Shown here: piece after piece, positions 60,801 through 64,000 of the stretch
How the letters are laid out: each line of letters begins with the position of its first letter
Numbering within the stretch: position 1 is the first letter of the stretch
Source: Ostrea edulis
Lineage: Eukaryota
NCBI RefSeq assembly: GCF_947568905.1
Contig: NC_079164.1
Span: 106,950,001-107,014,000, forward strand
DNA length: 64,000 nt
Reading direction: 5' to 3'
Notes under the pieces: generated by a model
Seen by the model: only the letters and a program-made list of their open reading frames with translations
The model's database searches: none
What the model was told of the DNA's origin: nothing
Position numbers and translations under genes: made by a program

Positions 60801-62806
60801 CCTAATTACTTCACGGTAGCACTGTATCTGACATAATGATAGGAACACCTAATTACTTCACGGTAGCACTGTATCTGACATAATGATAGGAACACCTAAT
60901 TACTTCACGGTAGCACTGTATCTGACATAATGATAGGAACACCTAATTACTTCACGGTAGCACTGTATCTGACATAATGATAGGAACACCTAATTACTTC
61001 ACGGTAGCACTGTATCTGACATAATGATAGGAACACCTAATTACTTCACGGTAGCACTGTATCTGACATAATTACTTCGCGGTAGCACTGTATCTGACAT
61101 AATTACTTCGCGGTAGCACTGTATCTGACATAATTACTTCGCGGTAGCACTGTATCTGACATAATTACTTCGCGGTAGCACTGTATCTGACATAATTACT
61201 TCGCGGTAGCACTGTATCTGACATAATTACTTCGCGGCAGCACTGTATCTGACATAATTACTTTGCGGTAGCACTGTATCTGACATAATTACTTTGCGGT
61301 AGCACTGTATCTGACATAATTACTTCGCGGTAGCACTGTATCTGACATAATTACTTCACGGTAGCACTGTATCTGACATAATTACTTCACGGTAGCACTG
61401 TATCTGACATAATTACTTCACGGTAGCACTGTATCTGGCATAATTACTTCACGGTAGCATTGTATCTGACATAATTACTTCACGGTAGCACTGTATCTGA
61501 CATAATTACTTCACGGTAGCACTGTATCTGACATAATTACTTCACGGTAGCACTGTATCTGACATAATTACTTCACGGTAGCACTGTATCTGACATAATT
61601 ACTTCACGGTAGCACTGTATCTGACATAATTACTTCACGGTAGCACTGTATCTGACATAATTACTTCACGGTAGCACTGTATCTGACATAATTACTTCAC
61701 GGTAGCACTGTATCTGACATAATCTTGGCATCAGAATATGTAGTGTTTTCTTAAGTAGTTTGAAATCTTAGCTCTTTGGCACAATTTTACTTGTATGAAT
61801 AGAGATTTTGAAATCTTAGCTCTTTGGCACAATTTTACTTGTATGAATAGAGATTTTGAAATCTTAGCTCTTTGGCACAATTTTACTTGTATGAATAGAG
61901 ATTTTGAAATCTTAGCTCTTTGGCACAATTTTACTTGTATGAATAGAGATTTTGAAATCTTAGCTCTTTGGCACAATTTTACTTGTATGAATAGAGATTT
62001 TGAAATCTTAGCTCTTTGGCACAATTTTACTTGTATGAATAGAGATTTTGAAATCTTAGCTCTTTGGCACAATTTTACTTGTATGAATAGAGATTTTGAA
62101 ATCTTAGCTCTTTGGCACAATTTTACTTGTATGAATAGAGATTTTGAAATCTTAGCTCTTTGGCACAATTTTACTTGTATGAATAGAGATTTTGGTGCTT
62201 CTAATTTTGGCAAAATATCCTCATCCACTAAACAAGCCAAACTTTTCCTACACCAATATTTGAAAACAAAACACTTTCAGTTAGTTGTTTGATTATACAA
62301 AGGGAAATCTCGAATCATATGACATTAGATAAAGAGTGAATTGGCACTGCTGTATAGTTGTTTGATTATACAAAGTGAAATCTCGAATCATATGACATTA
62401 GATAAAGAGTGAATTGGCACTGCTGTATGGGACAGTTTGCTGTCTTGTCAGGATACTTAAAGAAAAGTTGATTTTCTGGACAAATCATCAAAACATATAC
62501 CAACTTAGGGAATCTAAATCTATTTGCATACAAAAGAGAAACATAAAACAACTTTCAGTGACTTGTCATGCAACTTTTCTGCAGAAACGGACAAACATTG
62601 TACAAACCTCATCTGAGCCTTTGGTTACAGTGAACAAAGAACCAACAGAAAGCATACCTTATTATTTATGGTCAATTTCTCTGAGCGTTGACTTTTTGAT
62701 TGTCGATGCAGATCTAACGTTTGTTGCAACACAGAGCGAACACCATCATCAGCACCATCTCTTTTTAAAAACTCCTCAATACATGCTAAGCAGCTTCTGA
62801 TGAAGG
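49039..62806 (-). CDS. Uncharacterised multi-exon gene, candidate eIF4E-binding protein (5' end probably outside the window; 5' exons contain in-frame TGA)
   Basis: Phase-consistent GT-AG chain: 62806-62658, 62247-62175 (TGA), 60407-60282 (TGA), 60221-60121, 60009-59917, 59784-59699, 59325-59294, 59209-59145, 56899-56366, 56110-55960, 54871-54708, 49209-49039. The frame is open from 60330 to the stop at 49039. Confidence 0.65.
49433..49918. mobile_element. Crypton-like non-autonomous element with a ~135-bp palindrome (49438-49572)
   Basis: ~60-bp arms around tcaaccgagg..tagccgaggttga; ttattatac...gtataataa; the family assignment is from recall. Confidence 0.6.
50284..51089. mobile_element. 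PIF/Harbinger-like MITE, 806 bp
   Basis: Perfect 17-bp TIR tgcctcgttcacacgaa; TAA TSD. Confidence 0.88.
51229..51962. mobile_element. hAT-like MITE, 734 bp
   Basis: TA.GG termini; ttcggtt/aaccgaa subterminal repeats; degenerate 8-bp TSD derived from the host cagtgtac. Confidence 0.7.
52930..54615 (+). mobile_element. Head-to-tail stack of truncated HINE-like elements (3' ends near 53546, 53683, 54392 and 54615)
   Basis: Four separate microsatellite-plus-hairpin termini belonging to different families. Confidence 0.68.
54708..54871 (-). CDS. Gene 3 exon with YxxxxLPhi eIF4E-binding motif (YSRKELL at 54815-54795)
   Basis: LWRDIVDSDDLEEVDPIVYSRKELLKLADNPLSKQKPTEASYLCKLFPDVCLNK; TTTCTAG acceptor; AAG|GT donor. 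Confidence 0.8.
54931..55849 (+). mobile_element. Degenerate HINE-like element
   Basis: gagaggcccatg..gtcacatgagt start; ggtcacctgagtgattcaggtaacc hairpin end. Confidence 0.65.
55960..56110 (-). CDS. Gene 3 exon (IVVERNPLGPG...VCIEEL)
   Basis: TTTTTAG acceptor; TAG|GTGAGC donor. Confidence 0.78.
56366..56899 (-). CDS. Gene 3 534-nt exon (DSHEFLSK...GGNAK)
   Basis: Within ORF 56357..56923; TTTTCCAG acceptor; AAG|GTAATG donor. Confidence 0.78.
56684..56821. repeat. In-frame 69-bp tandem duplication inside a gene 3 exon
   Basis: STESH(W/R)SETVRQQNKISEICQGI x2; one mismatch between the copies. Confidence 0.93.
57198..57886 (+). mobile_element. HINE/Helentron-like element with a 146-bp central repeat (about 3 units)
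   Basis: Very similar to 23249-23780 but with one extra monomer. Confidence 0.88.
57960..58010. repeat. (TG)n(TA)n compound microsatellite
   Basis: Seen directly. Confidence 0.9.
59145..59209 (-). CDS. Gene 3 exon (DLGTKATSVLSNQTQEIELGK)
   Basis: CTTTCCAG acceptor; AAG|GTATAG donor. Confidence 0.7.
59294..59325 (-). CDS. Gene 3 32-nt exon (KTQHVENLEQ)
   Basis: TTGCAG acceptor; AAG|GTAAGA donor; phase 2 to 1 fits both neighbours. Confidence 0.7.
59699..59784 (-). CDS. Gene 3 exon (SVDSGYGDLDDTVLWNSEDSFIQDLYEN)
   Basis: TTTTATAG acceptor; TT|GTGAGT donor. Confidence 0.75.
59917..60009 (-). CDS. Gene 3 exon (QDDRRNETV...EVCRAI)
   Basis: TTTTTATAG acceptor (NAGNAG); ATT|GTAAGT donor. Confidence 0.75.
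60121..60221 (-). CDS. Gene 3 exon (SCFTLLLKKAVEQILEIRKRVWATIPEEFPLHD)
   Basis: AACAG acceptor; GAT|GTATGA donor. Confidence 0.65.
60282..60407 (-). pseudogene. Gene 3 exon with in-frame TGA at 60333-60331
   Basis: LIYGDRIDDKISNTIRCVKNLNFK*YEAILPQQQNENRGAK; phase 1 to 1; the following intron is only 60 nt. Confidence 0.4.
60412..61721. repeat. Composite minisatellite: 14 x 47 bp (60412-61070) then 21 x 31 bp (61071-61721)
   Basis: The 31-mer attacttcacggtagcactgtatctgacata equals the 47-mer minus atgataggaacaccta. Confidence 0.95.
61759..62190. repeat. 48-bp x9 perfect tandem array spanning a putative exon/intron junction
   Basis: Unit tttgaaatcttagctctttggcacaattttacttgtatgaatagagat. Confidence 0.95.
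62175..62247 (-). pseudogene. Gene 3 exon with in-frame TGA at 62223-62221 (frame uncertain)
   Basis: GTGTAG acceptor and CAA|GTAAAA donor. The phase-consistent frame reads EKFGLFSG*GYFAKIRSTKISIHT; an alternative open frame reads KSLACLVDEDILPKLEAPKSLFIQ. Confidence 0.4.
62283..62428. repeat. 73-bp direct duplication
   Basis: agttgtttgattatacaaag at 62283 and 62356. Confidence 0.9.
62658..62806 (-). CDS. Gene 3 exon (FIRSCLACIEEFLKRDG...TINNK)
   Basis: Pyrimidine tract plus TAG acceptor; AAG|GTATGC donor. Confidence 0.65.
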
Positions 62807-63711
62807 CTAAACATGCAGAAAGAAAAATATTTTCAATTGATGTTAAAGTAAGATTGTAATCTAGTCTCTGATTGGTCAAATATGAACTAGATTATGCAAT
62901 TTACTTTGTATAATATGGTGTGCTATGGGGACAAACCCCATGACCACCAGCATCCAGAACTACTTTTCTTTCTTACTTTATATTTTACATTGCAGCACTG
63001 TTGCAGGCCTTCTATAAATGGAAAGTCCACGTGTGCAATAAGATACTTGTGTTTGATAAACGAATTGTTCTCTCAATGTCAAGCAAGATGTATAGAATCT
63101 ACTCACTATCGTTATATTTCCTGTATGATATTTGAATAGTAGATTAAAACAAAGATAGTATATTGAAATTAAAGGTATATAAAGTATTTCAAAATTTTGT
63201 CCTGTTCATTTTGAAATACATTTCTCACTGGGAAGGGGAATTGCTTGATCTGCCTCTCAAGGGAAAATTATTTTATTATCAGATGCTGTCACCTAAAATT
63301 GACTCGTGGATCACGATTAGACATTTGCTTATATATGTGCAAGATTTAATATTGGCTAGAATGTTGCATGCAAGGGTAAGTTTTACTATAGTGAAAAACT
63401 TCCATAAAATCAATGTGCTTGATGAAGGTGCCAGTAATATACATTATGGAGGTTGCATGCTAATTTTAGTGCTTTTTCATTTCAGTCTATAGCAATTTGC
63501 TGTGGTTCATAGGAAATAAAAATGACTGCCGACTGAATGTCTACAGGATCTAAAAGTTACGTCACACACTGTCTTCATTTTAAAGTTATAATCTGGGACA
63601 AATCATTCTAACCAATGACATTGGCAGACACTTTGGTCCACTCTGAATCTGGACACACTGTCTACTTTACAAAGGATTCTCAACTACGCATCAGTTAAGT
63701 TACCCAATAGG

Positions 63712-63838
63712 AAAATTACATCAGTTTATGCGGCGAATACAATACTATATTCTGACATCATTTATCAGTATCAAAATTACATCCGTTTGTGCGGCGAATA
63801 CAATACTATATTCTGACATCATTTATCATTATCAAAAT
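63712..63838. repeat. 61-bp direct duplication
   Basis: aaaattacatc...gcggcgaatacaatac at 63712 and 63773. Confidence 0.9.
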
Positions 63839-64000
63839 TTTCAAAAAGAAAATCTGAGTGCATACATTCATGTAGTTCACAAGATTCCCTACTAGGTACA
63901 ACTTGTGCATTGATCATGTGACTAACACATCATGTGACAGCGGCAGACCTTTAAGTTGTCATCAAGAAAACACAATAGTGCAAGGGCATACCCAATTCAA

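Noticed and set aside
60412-62190. Regular arrays as CRISPR loci
   Set aside because: Units are contiguous with no unique spacers, there are no cas genes, and the context is a eukaryotic intron.
60282-62247. Gene 3 as selenoprotein P or another known selenoprotein
   Set aside because: No UxxC motif, His-rich tract or Sec/Cys-rich tail; only two TGAs, in non-redox contexts.
61795-62292. Plus-strand (MNRDFEILALWHNFTC)n ORF
   Set aside because: By-product of the 48-bp array; no plus-strand gene context.
4490-62806. CNOT10 plus the 4E-binding candidate as a functional mRNA-decay gene cluster
   Set aside because: They are more than 30 kb apart, separated by an unrelated gene, with no shared regulatory evidence. 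Animal neighbours are rarely functionally linked; only conserved synteny would revive the idea.

Overview
This is AT-rich eukaryotic genomic DNA with intron-rich genes. The repeat families look like those of a bivalve, most likely an oyster (inference from recalled repeat sequences). No rRNA, tRNA or CRISPR was found. Three spliced genes could be assembled by hand from GT-AG junctions and codon phase. (1) CNOT10 on the minus strand: 16 coding exons, 4490-17320, 695 aa. (2) A PIP4P/TMEM55 PI(4,5)P2 4-phosphatase on the plus strand: 8 exons, 31596-40492, 247 aa, with a CLEAR-like E-box just upstream. (3) An unrecognised minus-strand gene entering from the right edge (49039 to at least 62806). 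Its C-terminal region carries a canonical eIF4E-binding motif (YSRKELL) with Mextli/4E-T-like flanks. Its upstream exons contain two in-frame TGA codons. The rest is densely nested non-autonomous transposons: Helentron/HINE-like satellite carriers; Kolobok-, Harbinger-, hAT-, Tc1-, MULE- and IS3EU-like MITEs; RTE/RTEX LINE fragments; and a SINE. The most unusual recurring pattern is tandem repeats that start at, and are copied from, exon boundaries (six cases). Several of these multiply splice sites.
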